This document shows, one piece after another, positions 37,295-51,500 of a DNA stretch of 64,000 nt. The position numbers and the translations under genes were made by a program. Under the pieces are notes generated by a model. That model did not search any database. It was not told the origin of the DNA and saw only the letters and a list, made by a program, of their open reading frames with translations. Position 1 is the first letter of the stretch. Every line of letters begins with the position of its first letter. The DNA comes from Amphiscolops sp. MND2022 (lineage: Eukaryota): NCBI GenBank assembly GCA_964187785.1, contig OZ076413.1:45324001-45388000 (forward strand). The letters run 5' to 3'.

Positions 37295-38724
37295 CTCAAA
37301 AAAGCCAAATGCGAATTTGTCTCGAAAAATCCTGCCATTAATTTTGTTATAAAGTTTGATTTATAAACTAATAATAGATTACTGAGAATTTAGACCACAC
37401 TTGACTGGTGGGGTGAATGAAATTAATTTTTTCAGACAAACTTTGAAATGGAACGGCCCCTGATATATTCCAGGCAGAGTTGGAAGCGGGCCTAAATATC
37501 CAGGCCCGCGCCCAGCCAGCCCAGGTCCGGTCAATGCTTTTGAAACTCCTACTAATAGACAGAAAACGAATTCCTACACCTATCGGAATGCTACACCTAT
37601 CGAAACACAGGCCCAGCCCGGTCCCAACTCTGAGTCCAGGACACTAGAAGTAAATTCAGAGAGTGCAAAAGATGCGTGAAGTACTTTGTCAACGTTGTGA
37701 AACTTTTGAACTGCAAGTTTTTGTTGCATTATACCAATTTGAAAACAAACGAAACAAATTCCCAATCTTATTTATCGAGGCATACCGACAACTCATATCA
37801 AGCGAAAAGCCATTTCAAATGGAGAAAATGGCAATTCGATGGCAAAATTTATTACATACAAGACGCCCGCTGAGCAGCGAGATATTTTCCGCCCCAAACT
37901 GTTCTACAACTTGAAATTGAGGCATAATATAATAGCCAATGCACTATGGAAATGCAAAGAAGTCCGAAGAAAAAGTTCTGATTCATCTTAGCCCATTTTC
38001 AGAGCAAACACCTAATTTATAAACACGCTAAGTACCAAATTGATTTGTTGTTGAACTATGTGGATACCCGTACCTAACATACCAAATAATCAGTCGGCGC
38101 TCTTCGTCAGGAAAGAGCGACTATAGTCACGGCTTTCCCTACGTTTTTTTCGATAACACCTGATCTACCAAGAGGATTCCCTGCAGTGTTAGGAGCAAGA
38201 GTACGTGGGTTGGAGTCTTGCACTCAACCAAAAAATTTATGTTGGTAAAGTAGGGGAAGACCAAAGGGTCCCGCTTTAGAATTTTTTCGGACTTTTTCAC
38301 ACTTTTTTATGCAAAAAGCAATTTACAAGCATAGCTGACAACGTTTCGTTTTTTCGGCAATGTGCGACTTAAAGAGTTGAAAAAAATTCCAAAATGTTTC
38401 CAATTCTGGTGACATGTTTTTTTGCAATTTTAGGTTTTTGAGGATTCCTGTAAGGGAAATATGTTTACCGAGTCTTGAGGGTGACCTCTTCGTTGTTTTT
38501 CGATTCTGTGCAACTGATGAGTTTTCTGAATGGTTGTGAAAGATTCCTTTTTTCAGCTTTTTTTGCCTTTGTATGTATTTCCGAAACACTCAACTAGTCG
38601 AAAGGGTAACCCTCAAGATTCCTTCCTAAACGGGAAACTGCAAAAACAATTTTCTCTGGAAGGCGTACTGCATACCTAGTGATTTTGCTGGGGACCTATT
38701 GAAAATTGAATAACTGACAGAAAA

Positions 38725-41700
38725 GAAATTAAAGTTTTCAAGTAAAGTTTTTCGGAAAATGTGCTGATAAAATTGTCCGATATCTTTCTCAAATACTACC
38801 GGTAGCTCCACGTTTCAATCTTGATCCTATGGGCTTTCTGATTGAAGTAAATCTTCAGAAAGTGTCCAAAATTGGGACTATTTGTGAAAATTGGGCACCT
38901 TTGATGTCAAATTCGAGAAACTTTATTCCACTTTCTTTTACAAATTGCGCATTGAATTTTCTATTTTTTTCAATGTTTAGGTCAAAAGGATGTTCTGTTC
39001 TACAAGATTTTTCGTGATTTGAAATTTCCGACGTTTTGCTGTCAATTTTGAGAAATTTTCCAATCAAAGTCTGCCAAAATTTTTTCGCAAAGCATACTTG
39101 AGTTCAGTCGTAGTTGAACGTTTGGCAACATTCTGACTACAAAAAATATCAAAAAGTACCATCTATAAGTTCCATAGAAAGGCGAAGTTGTTGAAATTTT
39201 TGACTGATTTGAAGTCATTCCGAAGTGTTTTTGAGGCAAACCGCTGCAACGTTGTCGTCAAACAGGGTACTGCATAGGTTGTTCTTATGAACCTCATTGT
39301 TGCCCATGAAATCTTTCGGAAATTGCAGAATATTGCAGATATTGCAATAAAAACCACAAAACTAGAAAGTTTTGAACATTTTGACATTTATTTATCTCTT
39401 CACTAAGTCTACTGGACAAAATCCTTTGTGACTTGTTTCAACATTCAAACGACCGAATTCTGTGGACATATTGACAGAAGGTGCATGAAAAGTTTGATAG
39501 TTGAAAAAGTTTGAGTTTTTTGCATTTTTCGTGTCAGTTTGACATATTTTTCAGTTCAAAAAACACTTTTATCTCTTCGGAAAAGCCTACTGGACAACAC
39601 ATTGTTGCCCTACTGGACGTTTTCAACATTCTCATCCACGACGTTTATCAAAAAAGTTACAAAACTTGCATGAAAAGTTGAAAATTAAAAAATTTTGAAC
39701 TTTGTGATTTTTGGGGTCATTCTGGGTCTTTTTCTTTTCAAAAAATAGCTTTCATTTTTTTCGTGAACGTTTTAAACATTCTAATTTACGACCTCTAACG
39801 AAAATTTGACAAAAAATGCATAAAAACGTTAAAAATCGGAAGTTTTGGAAGTTTTATTTCTGTCATTTCTGTCATTCCGAAAAGGTCCAATTATATGTCG
39901 TACGAAGCTAAATTTAGGTGTGTTGAATTTTAAGGATGACACCTTTCAATTTGAATATAAATCTGGTGCTTGGCTAATTTTGTAAAAAAAACCATTTGAT
40001 TCAATTCCTTTCCTTTCCCATTGGGATAATGGGCGAATAATAATAACCCAGTCAAAAGTTGATAAAGGTGTATTATCAAATTTGGAACAAAAGCAAAACA
40101 AAATTCAAAAGTGCTTTTTAAACCTTATTGGAAAAGAAGATAACCGTCGTTTTGATTGAACAAACAAGCTAGTTTGAAAAAGTACGATTGAAATTAATTC
40201 AACTCTTTCCTTCTTTTCGTACTGTTTGGAAATTCAGGAACATTTCTGACTTGAAAGTTTAGTTTTGTATTTCAATATTGTTTTTCAACAAGAAGCATTG
40301 TTTTATTTTACGTAGATTCTAATAGGACCTCTTTAGACACTCAGGCCTCAATCAATGGCCAAAAATTTTACTGTGATGATTTGAACTGAAACGTCCTTGC
40401 TCATTTGAAAGTTCAAGCATTTATGACTAAAGATACCCGCAAAGGCATTTTTTTAGAAAAATTTAAAAAAAAATTTAATTAGCTAAATAAAGTCGAGAAA
40501 ATGAAAATAAAATAGAGCTTACAATAGAAAACAATTATATCAAACTCCACCTTGCAAATACAAAAAATCCAATTCTCTAAAAATTGAGGCACAAGATCAT
40601 CTTTTCTTGAGAAGAGGTGAAATAATACAAATATGCTGTCAAAAACTCGGAACAGTGGTCGGAGTCAGGGTCGTCACTGTTTCTTGAGATGTTTGAATCG
40701 TCGATACCTGACTTCACTTTCGAAATAAATGAATATACCTTCATCAATTTGATTATATGTGCATTTTCCATCGGAAAAGGGTGTATGTCAGAAAGCATTC
40801 CCAACAATTGTCCTTGTCAAGGAGTATCGAACCGACTTGCACTCAAGCCAAAAAGAGAAGTAAAAGTGGGGCCGGACGGTCTCTTTCAGTTTTCTTAATT
40901 GTTCCATAAGTTCAAAGAATCAAACGGAGCCCTTTGGCGGGACCTGATGCACTGTAAGTTTCAGGCTCACTCAAAAACGAGATTCTCTGTAACTTACTTT
41001 TTTGAAAAACCAAAATGGCAAACAAAATTTAGACTTTTTGTATCTTGATGGAAGTCACACTGTAAAACACCTCATGAAGGGTTCCTCTTCACCTTGGAAA
41101 CTGTAATTTCCCAACAGAAACTACTCAAGAACAGCTCGACCTTTTCGAAGCCGAAAAAATTGATGAAACCGAACGGGGTAAAATTTAAAAAATTTAAGTT
41201 TTCCAGTAAAGTTTTCCGGAAAATATGCTAATAAAATTTTCTGATATCTTTTTGAAATACTACCGGTAGCTAGATGTTTCAATTTTGATCTTATGTGCTT
41301 TCTGATTGAAGTAAACTTTCGGAAAGTGTTCAAAATTGGGACTATTTGAGAAGTTGTGGCATCTTTGTTGTCAAATTCGGGAAACTTTATCCCAATTTCT
41401 TTCAAAAATTGCAATTTGAATGCCCAATTGTTTCAATGTTCAGGTCAATGGATGTTCTATTCTGCAAAATTTTTCGTGATCTGAACAAAATTAGGGATTA
41501 ATGTGTCAATGAACGTTCTTTTTTTGTCGTTTTTTGGGTTTTGATGTCTTGCTGAGGCCAATTTTAACAAAAAAGGGCATTTATATCATCAAAAACGCCT
41601 TTGGGATACCAGAACGAATTGTTGTTGAATTTTTTGAACCGTTTATGCAAGGAAAGTGCAGAAAAATTCTACAAAATTGTCCATAAAACCAAAAACAATT

Positions 41701-44318
41701 GAAATTCACAGTTTTTCGCATATTTTGGGTCATTCTCAACAAACCTTCATCCATGAAAAGTGCAAAATTCTCTTTGAAAAGCAAGCTGCGGACCAAGTGA
41801 TACCATCTGGAGCTTTTCGAATTTTTTATCTCACCAAATTTTTTAAATTTCAAAAAAATTACTGAAAATGTCAGAAATCAGCAAAAACGTTGAAATTTCC
41901 GACGTTTTTCGGTCAATTTTGAGCCATTTTCCAAACGAACTTTGCCAAGTATCTTCAAAAAACTTACTTGAGTTCAATCGTAGTTGAACGTTTTGCAACA
42001 TTCTGACTCCAAATAATTCATAAAGTACCTATAAGTTCCCCAAGAAGGTGAATTTTTCGACTGATTTGGAGTCATTCCCAAGAGTTTTTGAAGCAAACCG
42101 CTGCAACGTTGTCGTCAAAAAGAGTACTGCATAAGTTTTTCTTTCAATATTGATCAATTGATCCTTTTGGAACCCCTAGCGCATGAAAATTTTCGGAATT
42201 TGCACAGAAATTGTATTAAAAACAACAAACCTAGAAAGTTTCGAACATTTTGACAATTTCGGGGTCAGTTGGATGCATTTTTCTATTACAAACTAATTTT
42301 TATCTCTTGACAGAAGCTTTTTTAAACAACGATTTTCTCCATTGTACAAAAGTTTTAACATCATTATCCACCAAGTCTATCGAAACTTTGACAAAAAAAA
42401 TAATGGAAATCGGAAAATTTTGGAAAATTTGTCTTTTTCGGAGTCAATCCGAGACATTATTCAATTGAATTAAAAACAACATTTATCTCTTCACTAAGCC
42501 TACTGGACAAAAACCTTGGTGACTTGTTTCAACATTCCAACGAACGAATTCTGTGGAAAAATTGACAGAAGAAGCACAAAAAAATTGAAAGTTGAAAAAG
42601 CTTGAGGATTTCTCATTTTTGGTGTCAGTTTGAGATATTTTTCAGTTCGAAAAACGCTTTGATCTCTTCGGAAAAGCCTACTGGATAACACATTGTTGCC
42701 CTGTTGAACGTTTTCAACATTCTCATCCACGCAGTTTATCGAAAATTTGACAAAACATGCATGAAAACTTTGAAATTTTTGTGATTTTTGGGGTCATTTT
42801 GGGTCTTTTTCTTTTCAAAAAACCGCATTTATCTTTTTAAAAAAGACTACTGGACAACGAGTTATTGCCTTCTTGAACGTTTTCAACATTCTAATCTACG
42901 ACCTCTTACGAGAATTTGAATGAATTGCGTGAATACGTTAAAAAGCGGAAGTTTAAGAAATTATATTTTCGGGGTCATTTTGGGTCATTATGGGGTCTAT
43001 TCCGTCATTCCGAAAAGGTCCAAATATCTCTACAATTATATATCGTACGAAGCTAAATTCATATGTGTTGAATTCTGTGGATGACCCGCTTCAATTTGAA
43101 TATAAATTTGGTGCTCGGCAAATTTTGTAAAGAAAACTGTTTGATTTATTTATTTTCTTTTCCCATATGAACAAAATTCAAATATGCTTACTAAACCTTA
43201 AAGGAAAAGAAGATAACCGTCGTTTTGATTGAAAAAATAAACTGGTTTGAAAAAGCACTATTGAAACTAATTCAACTCTTTCGTTCTTTTCGTACTGTTT
43301 AGAAATTCAGGAACATTTCGAACTTGAAACTTTAGTTATGTATTTCAAAAAAAATTATTTTTCATCAAGAAGCATTGCGGTATTTTCCGTATATTCTTTA
43401 AGGAACTCTCTAGACACTCAGGCCTCAATCGATGACCAGCAACTGTACTGTGATGATTTGAACTAAAAGGTCCTTGCTCATTTGAAAGTTTAAGCATTTA
43501 TGCATAAAAATACCCGCAAAGGCATTTAAAAAAACTTTTTTTTAAATTAACCAAATAAAGTCGAGATAATGCTTTATAGCTTACAATAGAAAACAATTAT
43601 ATCAAACTCCATCTTGCAAAATACAAAAAGTCCAATTCTCTAAAAATTGAAGCACAAGATCATCTTTTCTTGAGAAGAAGTGAAATCACACAAAGATGCA
43701 GTCAAAAACTCAGAACAGCTGCTTTTTTATCGTCATACAATTTGTTCTCGGTGGAAGGATTCAAAGTTTCAACAGTGATCGGAGTCAGGGTCGTCACTGT
43801 TTCTTGAGATGTTTAAATCGTCGATACTTGAGACAATTCACGTTCACTTTCGAAATAAATGAATATACCTTCATCAGTTTGATTATAGCAACGCATTTTT
43901 CATCGGAAAAGGTTTTATGTCAGAAAGCATATCCAACAATTTTCCATGTCAAGGAGTATCGAAACTTGACAAGAACCGACTTGCACTCAAGCCAAAAGGA
44001 GAAGTAAATGTGGGGTCTCATTCAGTTTTCGTAATTATTCTATAAGTTCAAAGAATCAAACGGAACCCTTGGGCGCCACCTGATGCACTGTCAATTTCAG
44101 GCTCACTCAAAAACTGGACTTTTCTGTAAATTACCTCTTTGAAAAACCAAAATGACAACCAAAATTTTGACATTTTATATCTTGATAGAAGTCACACTGT
44201 GAAACACCTCATGAAGGGTTCCTTTTCAGCTTGGAAACTGTAATTTCCCAACAGAAACAACTCAATAACAGATTGAACTTTTTGAAGCCGGGAAGATTTA
44301 TGAAACCGAACGGGGTAC
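38725..44318. repeat. Diverged tandem duplication, units ~38725-41180 and ~41190-44318
   Basis: Colinear shared anchors: aaatactaccggtagct, gcaaaccgctgcaacgttgtcgtcaaa, aaagaagataaccgtcgttttgattgaa, tgaaaccgaacggggta. Many substitutions and indels; boundaries approximate. Confidence 0.8.
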
Positions 44319-44912
44319 ACTTTGATAAAAATCAAAAACAAATTGATGTCGAGCAGTGACAAAAAGTACCGCAGGTCATTTCTACAATTATTGAGAAAAC
44401 TCTCATCCGTTCCACAGGAGCAACAAATTTTCAATAAGGTTATCCTTTGAACCCCCAAAAAGTGTTGTCTACGCAGAAAACCACAACAAAACCAAAAATT
44501 TGAGAAGACAAGTGTTCGGGAAAACTTTTTCCAAAAATTTTTCCAAAATTGTACCAAAAAAAACTATTGTGGCCATGTATGCTCGCAAAACGCTTTGTTC
44601 CCGCTAAAAATCAAATCGATTCGGATATTTAGGCTATTCGAAAATAACTGATAAGAAGCCTTGACCTAAAGAAACTCGCCGAATAAAAGCTGGGAAAAAA
44701 CTCGAAAAACGGTTTCCTTTCACTGAAAACATAAAAAAAGAATTTTAACCTAAAAAATATATCGAAAATGGTATTTTTGGAACTTTTTTGCGTAAAAAAG
44801 TCGCAAAGTGTCGAAAAGAGCTTTCTCAGCTCACAAAAGGTTCTGGTGTAGCTAAAATCAAAAACTTTCCGTTAAAAAACTCGCAGAGTTCCAAAAAAAC
44901 AAAGGAGGGCCC

Positions 44913-46814
44913 TGTCGTAAGCACGAGAGTTCGTACTTGTGAATCCGTCTTTGGGACGGTCGTTGGTCTGTTTACTCTTAGAATTGTTCCTAGGTTCTAA
45001 GTTTTGCAGTATTTCGGAATAACCTTCCGGTCTCTCGGCCGGAACGTTCCATCTCTCTTTGGTCAATTGTCCCGACCCGGCCATAACTACATTTTGGATT
45101 TGAGGCAAAATTTGGCTACTAATTGCCTCATTTATGGCCCTTTGAATCTGAACACTGACGCTATTCATCATTTCGTCCATCTCTCGAGATATACGTGAAT
45201 TTAACTCACTCGACAATCTATTGATCTCAACGCTTGAACACTCTCTGATTGAATTATGGCCTAATTCGGTATTTGGACTTGGTCCATTATTTCCCGGGTT
45301 TGGGAACCCATTCTCATTCTCATCTCCAAATTCATCTCCAAATAAGCTTTCTGGCCTACCGGCCTGATTACTATTCACACTTTCATTTCTCTCATTTCTA
45401 TCAAAATGGTTTTCGCCTAACATGATATCCAGATTTTCAATATCTGATAACATCTCAAGTCCTCTAGACTTTCTAGCTTTCTTTTGCTTTCTAGTAGTTG
45501 GCATTGAAACAATTCCGAATCAATAATGAATTAATCAATACGGAAATAACAGCGTAGCCGTTTGGAAATCAATCTTTTCTAGAACAGTACAGTATGAATT
45601 GTGTCCCGCTCAGGCTAAACACCGGTATTTATACCCCTGAGCGAGTGACACTCACATATTTTACATATTTCCATCTAAGATTGACGTCGTAAGGTATGTA
45701 ATGCACTTTGATCTTTACATATTTCTGGTACATAACAAGTATGGTTTCGAAAGGTATTTGCATCATAAGCATTTCTGTTTACATATTTTCCACATCATCG
45801 GGAAACATCAATCACATATTTCTGTGAAATCCTGGTTGGGAGAGTTCCTGACATATTTGTCTCCCAAAATATAACATCAAACAATCAACATAACGGTACT
45901 TCAAACAACGTATCTATTCTACATATTATTGCAATGTCAACAAATGTTAGCCTCGTTGTCGGAATGCAAGGCTCGTAACACTGGTATGTAGTGTTAGCAC
46001 GTGCCACCACGTGGTTATAGGTCAACGTAAGGGGAAGCAAATTCAAATAATACATGTCTAATCTATTTAAATATCACTGCATCATTAAATAAGGGTATCT
46101 CTCAAAAGGGCCGAAATTGGCCAAATCCTGATTAATGGTACAATACTAGGGGGAGAAAGGGTAAAAGACCTTATTCGGCCTTTGATCAGCATTTAGTTTA
46201 TTCGGTCCGTTGAGGGGTGCGTCGGTATTATTTTAATATTAAAACACCTTTGAAATGATCCCCAACTAATATGGTTAACTATAAAGTACAGATAATACAG
46301 CATCACTCATTACATCAAGACGGCCTAAACCGGCCATTTGACCAAGGTACAAAACAATTCATGGACATTAAGTTAATTGGCCGTATTCGGCCGCTACCAA
46401 ATCAAAGCTATATTGCACTTGTGAATTGAAGCGCTGTGATTGGTGGAGGGAATGAGCTCAAGTGACGTTTTTGGATTATCGCTGAGCGTCACTTGAACTC
46501 GTTTCCTATACCGCTTTACAGTTGTTTATATTAGTACTGCTTTCGATTCAATCGATTTACATTTTAACTGCACTTTCACAAAGTAGTCTAATTTGGATAT
46601 CTCCAAATTGTACAATCTCTAACAGACTAATATTAACTTCATCCAAATATGAAACTGTTACATGAACATACAAAACAACAACTAATCGTTAAATAAAACT
46701 AGTTTTTAAGGTCCATAACCTGTATTCAGTATATTGGTAGTGTACTCGGTGTCGGGTTTTGTTCTCCTGTCGCTGTAGTATAGTTATTTCCGTCACAGGC
46801 GGCAGCCTGCGACA
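44913..46814 (-). repeat. 3' LTR of element B (1902 bp)
   Basis: Matches 59286-61187; about 6 substitutions seen by eye. Confidence 0.96.
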
Positions 46815-47511
46815 CTGTGGGAGCAATGAAAAGTAGACAACCTGCATTCAGTCCATTTATGTACGCTTCTCGTCTCAATTTGGTGACAAATTCGGGTTCC
46901 CCGCGCGGCGTTGATCTCTCCATATACCAATTGATCTTCTCGTCTTTAATCTCGTCCACTGATTTCCCACATACCATGCACCCAGTATATCTCTGACTGC
47001 TCAGATTGTCATGGGGTCTGGTATTTTGGATGTGGTAGGACGCATAAAACCCGCTCATTGCTGGTTGGACTAAAGGGGTATCTTGACTGGGCCCTCTTTC
47101 GTGGTCCGGCGGCGACATCGGGGACTCTAGAATCGGTAAGATTGTATTGCACAGTTCGATGCGTGACTTTTCCATCCTCTTAGGAGGGGCATAGCACCTT
47201 TCTAAGTCGAAGTACTTGTGATCCATTTTTGGCGTCTTCTCAGCATTTGCACCGGATGTGCTTGGTCCAGCCACTGACACATCTTCTCCAGGTATCTCCG
47301 ATGTCATTATCCTTCCCCCAATGAGCATAGGGCTAGATGTTACTTCTCTCTCTATCCGCGCTATCAGCTGTTCTGTGTCGGTGGAACAATCCGTCTCCCA
47401 GTCTGATGCTTCGCTCTCACTACTCGATATGTAGATTACAGATTTCTCAGAGCCGTCTGAGTCGAATTCTTCCAAGTCAAATAACTTCCTTGCGAGATTG
47501 TATTTACTCAT
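46726..47511 (-). CDS. Element B accessory ORF, 261 aa, unknown function; ends inside the 3' LTR
   Basis: ATG-started open frame with an acidic Ser-rich N-terminus and a CMVCG motif. The last ~29 codons lie in the LTR. Confidence 0.6.
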   Translation of the reverse strand: MSKYNLARKLFDLEEFDSDGSEKSVIYISSSESEASDWETDCSTDTEQLIARIEREVTSSPMLIGGRIMTSEIPGEDVSVAGPSTSGANAEKTPKMDHKYFDLERCYAPPKRMEKSRIELCNTILPILESPMSPPDHERGPSQDTPLVQPAMSGFYASYHIQNTRPHDNLSSQRYTGCMVCGKSVDEIKDEKINWYMERSTPRGEPEFVTKLRREAYINGLNAGCLLFIAPTVSQAAACDGNNYTTATGEQNPTPSTLPIY

Positions 47512-48554
47512 GATGGCTTTCTTCGCTATTTTGAAGCTTGTAGATGCAACTGTATCGTGATGAAGTTTTAGGGTAGAATGAATTTGTCAAATCCAAAAAT
47601 TTAGCCGAGTAAGGTGTTTTCCCGAAGTTTCCAATTTGGCAGTTAGACCTTCGGTTAATCGTCCTGATCTGTCATAAACTTTTCAGAATAGAATTCCTTG
47701 ATTTGTCGGCTCCCTTTGATAACATGATGTTTACCCCTCATCAGTGTCATCACTAGAAGAGGTGTGAATGACTCTCAGCTTATGAATATCAACTACACCC
47801 GTCTCAAGTGGGTAATTAACGGGTCGCTTGTAAGCAATTAACGACATGCGACGCGGAATTCTTTCAAAATGGCTTCCACCAATCAGCGTTAAGCTTCGAT
47901 AAACTGTAAAATTAAATAATAAAAATGGCGAAAATAATAAATCTAAATAATCCAAGATGGCGAAAATTCTAACTAAGGGTAACTGGACAAAACGGTGAAA
48001 CAAAACAGGGCAAACGGCCATGACCGGCCCTTTAACTAAAAAAGCTGTAAATAACAAAGTCCATTGTACACTTCGCTGGCAGACTCCATGTACAGAATAA
48101 ATATGTAGATAATCCATAATATTAGTCTGGTAATAATCTTCAGCCACAAACTCCAACCTTTCATCTTCTCTACATTATTCTTATTGCAATTGTATTCATC
48201 TTCGATCTTCTTTTATCCAATTCCATACCCATCAATTGTCCAATCACTCGCCTGTGTTTCGGCCGCGACACTGATCCTCTTTTCCCGGATTCATCCAAAG
48301 CCGTCCCTTTCTCTTCGTCAAGTTTGGCTCTGCCCCTTGTCCGATTTATCCAATTGGGAGTGGAATCAAGAAAGTCGTTTCAGCAGCAGGATGTCTTCCA
48401 ATACAGGTGGGTTTTCTATTTATTTGAACTAAATTCTAACTTGATCAGAGTTAGTATTGTTCACTAAGTGCTTCCTGTTTCCAATGTTGAACACGTGACA
48501 ACATGTTCCGTTCAGATTTCTAAGTCACTTCCGGAAGATTTCAAACGCGGTAAA

Positions 48555-51500
48555 ATGGATTTCTTTCAAGGAAGCTCACCGCCAAATTTCATCTCTTTTT
48601 GTTTAGAGAATTGTCCACCTGAAGGGGAGACGTCCCCAGTTGATCCCCCTCAATTACTGCTTCCTACAACTGGAAATGCTGCTCTCGAAACTCCTGTGCC
48701 GGCCAATGCTCTTTTCTCCCCCCAGAGTGTTACCAGTGAGGTCGATGTCAACTCTTATGCCGACGCTATGGTTCAACGCATAGAAACGCAGCAGTCTGCA
48801 AGCCAAGAAAGCCGGGCCAAGGGCGAAATGAACAAAGAGTTAGAATCTACAGAAATTCCTGAAAGACAAACGACCCAGACGGATCCGATCCCCAGGGGTA
48901 CCAGTACCCCAATTCCCATCGAAGAGGCAAGCGATCCACACTTGAATCTGACAGCCCTAGAGTCCGCATTGGTAATCGCTACCACTTCCAACTCGCAATA
49001 TCCTGAGTTGTTGACAGCGACAAAGGACGACAGAAACGACCTGTCTAGGACCGCCCTCAATTCTGAGGAAGATAATGCATCTTCTGTCTATGAGGTACCT
49101 GCTTTGCCCAGTAACGAGCCTAAGGTGCGTTTCTTGGCCGATCTAAGCGAAGGAGAGAAGACTTCGGAGGAGACCAGCAGCTTCGTGAGACCATCGTTGT
49201 ACGGGCACATTCCTGGCCTTAGCGAAAGAGAAGCGAATGCAAGAGACGAATCTGGCATTAGTACTCCACTCCCTGAAGACCTCATTGCCTCCACTTCCAG
49301 AGGACCTGATGACCAACTGCCCGAATTGTCAGGGAGATCACGTGCTATTTTAAAAACTTACTTTCTAGAAGAAAAGGCCTTCAATTTACCTCGAGGTCAT
49401 CCCACAGTAGCTTTCACGGAACCACAAATTTATCATTTGTTGCGGGTCTTGACAGATGAGACCCTAAGGATGTCCCATACTAACATGGAACAGATGATTT
49501 TGGACGCCGTGAGAGGTAAACCAACAGCACTACCCTCGCGAACTGAAAGTTTCCGTTCAAGAGCTCGAGCTTCAACTCCTTTCAGGCCAGCGGACAGTGA
49601 TTCAAGTGACACGGAAGTTGAGCGATTTACGTCCGGGGAGTCAGACGACCAGGATACACAACGCCGAATTAACACGGGAGATTCTTCCTATTCTGGGGAG
49701 AGTGACAGTGCAGGGGAAATGGCTCTGATTACTGCCACATACAAGCCCTGTACGCAACAAAACCGCCCGCCGCCTGAACTCGTTACTCCTTCCATAGGTG
49801 AGGAACAGGGAGGATTGGATACCGATCCCAGTAGTCAAGATGCCACCCTCTCTGAAGTCAGGGAACAAACTTTGAGCAGCAAGTCAAAACGCGCTTCCCG
49901 GGATAAGAAAACTCCCAGGCCTAAGAGACAGATTCAGCGAGGAGTGCCCATGCGCGAGGAATTCTTCGCCAAGATAGGGTGGACCAGGTCCTTCATTTCT
50001 GGTCCTGCTGACCCGATCCACAATCCACATATGGTCTGGTGCCATATGTGCAAGAAGAATTTCTCGATTAGGTCTAAAGGTCCCTTCGAGATTCTTAGGC
50101 ACCATCGGACCGAAAAACACCTACGACGTGACCGGCGGTGGAGGTACGAGCACCTCAGGAGTGTCGATCCAGTGAGCGGAACAATCCAGCACCGTGTTAG
50201 AGGTCGTAATGGCAAAATCCTGAATAAAATGGAGCTGGCCAAAGAAATGCCAAAGTTCATCCATACGGAATTGGTTGACATCGGGGAGCGCTTTCCGTTT
50301 TATGATGATTTCATCCGAGGCCGAAACACCCCTTTAGTGACACCTGAGTCGAGAGCCCGAACGCAATTGTGCCTGATTGGGGAGTACATCCCTACACACG
50401 GGGACTTGTCAGTCCTTAGGAGCATGTGGGCAAAAATCAGTTCGTTTACTGACTACCAGGCTGCACTCTGCGACTTCGACTGGGGAGAAGAAAGAATAAC
50501 TGTAAATATTCCTCACACATATCTCTTGGTCGATAATTTACGCTCTGTTTTAAGTGCCATTTTCCATTTCAGGCCATTTTCCAACATTTCTTCAATTGCG
50601 CTCTAAAAGACATAGGCGAGCATGTGGCTTCAGAACAGTGCTTCGGTCTGGAGTTCGAAGACAGTGGCTCTAGCAGATTCATGTCCCTGCGGTTTTGGAA
50701 AGGTCACGAACTTTGCAGAGTGACAGTATGCAGGAGTGGCTTACCATCTTCCGATCTAACGGGAGAGCTGGGATCCTTAGCCCGATTGCTTTCAGTCGTC
50801 TCTACCAAAGCGGACATAGTTGCTTGTTCTGGGTGCCCAGCTGGTCTGCTTCAAGCCATAGATGGAATGCCGACTACTGCCAGAGCTGTGCAAAGCTGTT
50901 TCCGTTTCAGCCAGTTGGATCTGCCTCACCTAATGCACAAGATAAGCTACAGTGTATTTGGACACATCGATTTCTTCTCCGTGCTCAAAGGCCTTGTTAT
51001 CTCTTTGGGCAGTTCTCTCCGAGAGGAATGGGTACAGAGGAGCCCTGAACTCGTTAGGGTGAGTATCTTTCAGTTCTATGGTGTGACTCATACATGGGGG
51101 GGGTTTGAAGTTTTGCCAACTAAGTGGGTATAATCTCTGAATTTCTCTTTCTAGGCCATTTCCAGTTGTAAATTGGACCTCCAGTCTCTCCCCACTCTCT
51201 GCCAGGAACTCATAGACGAGTGGAAGCCAATCACGACCTACTTAACATCTCACGTCCCCCAGCAACAAGGACAGGGAGTCAGGACAAGGGTGAGTTGCAT
51301 AATCTGTCCTATTATCGACAAGATTCGTAATCCCCATGTCTGGTATGGTGAAATGGTTAAACTAATGCAGTAGCCGTATTTGCGTTTTTGTTTCAGGTTC
51401 AGAGTTTCGAGTGGGCCCTCATCTGCGATGAGTTTTTCCCTGTCAAACTGGAGTTCTTCTATCATCTGATTAGTGATTGTTAGTACTCTATAATGGGTTC

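Noticed and set aside
48391..48515. Coding first exon (ATG at 48391) for the antisense gene
   Set aside because: Splicing 48407-48515 leads to an immediate stop and the wrong frame.
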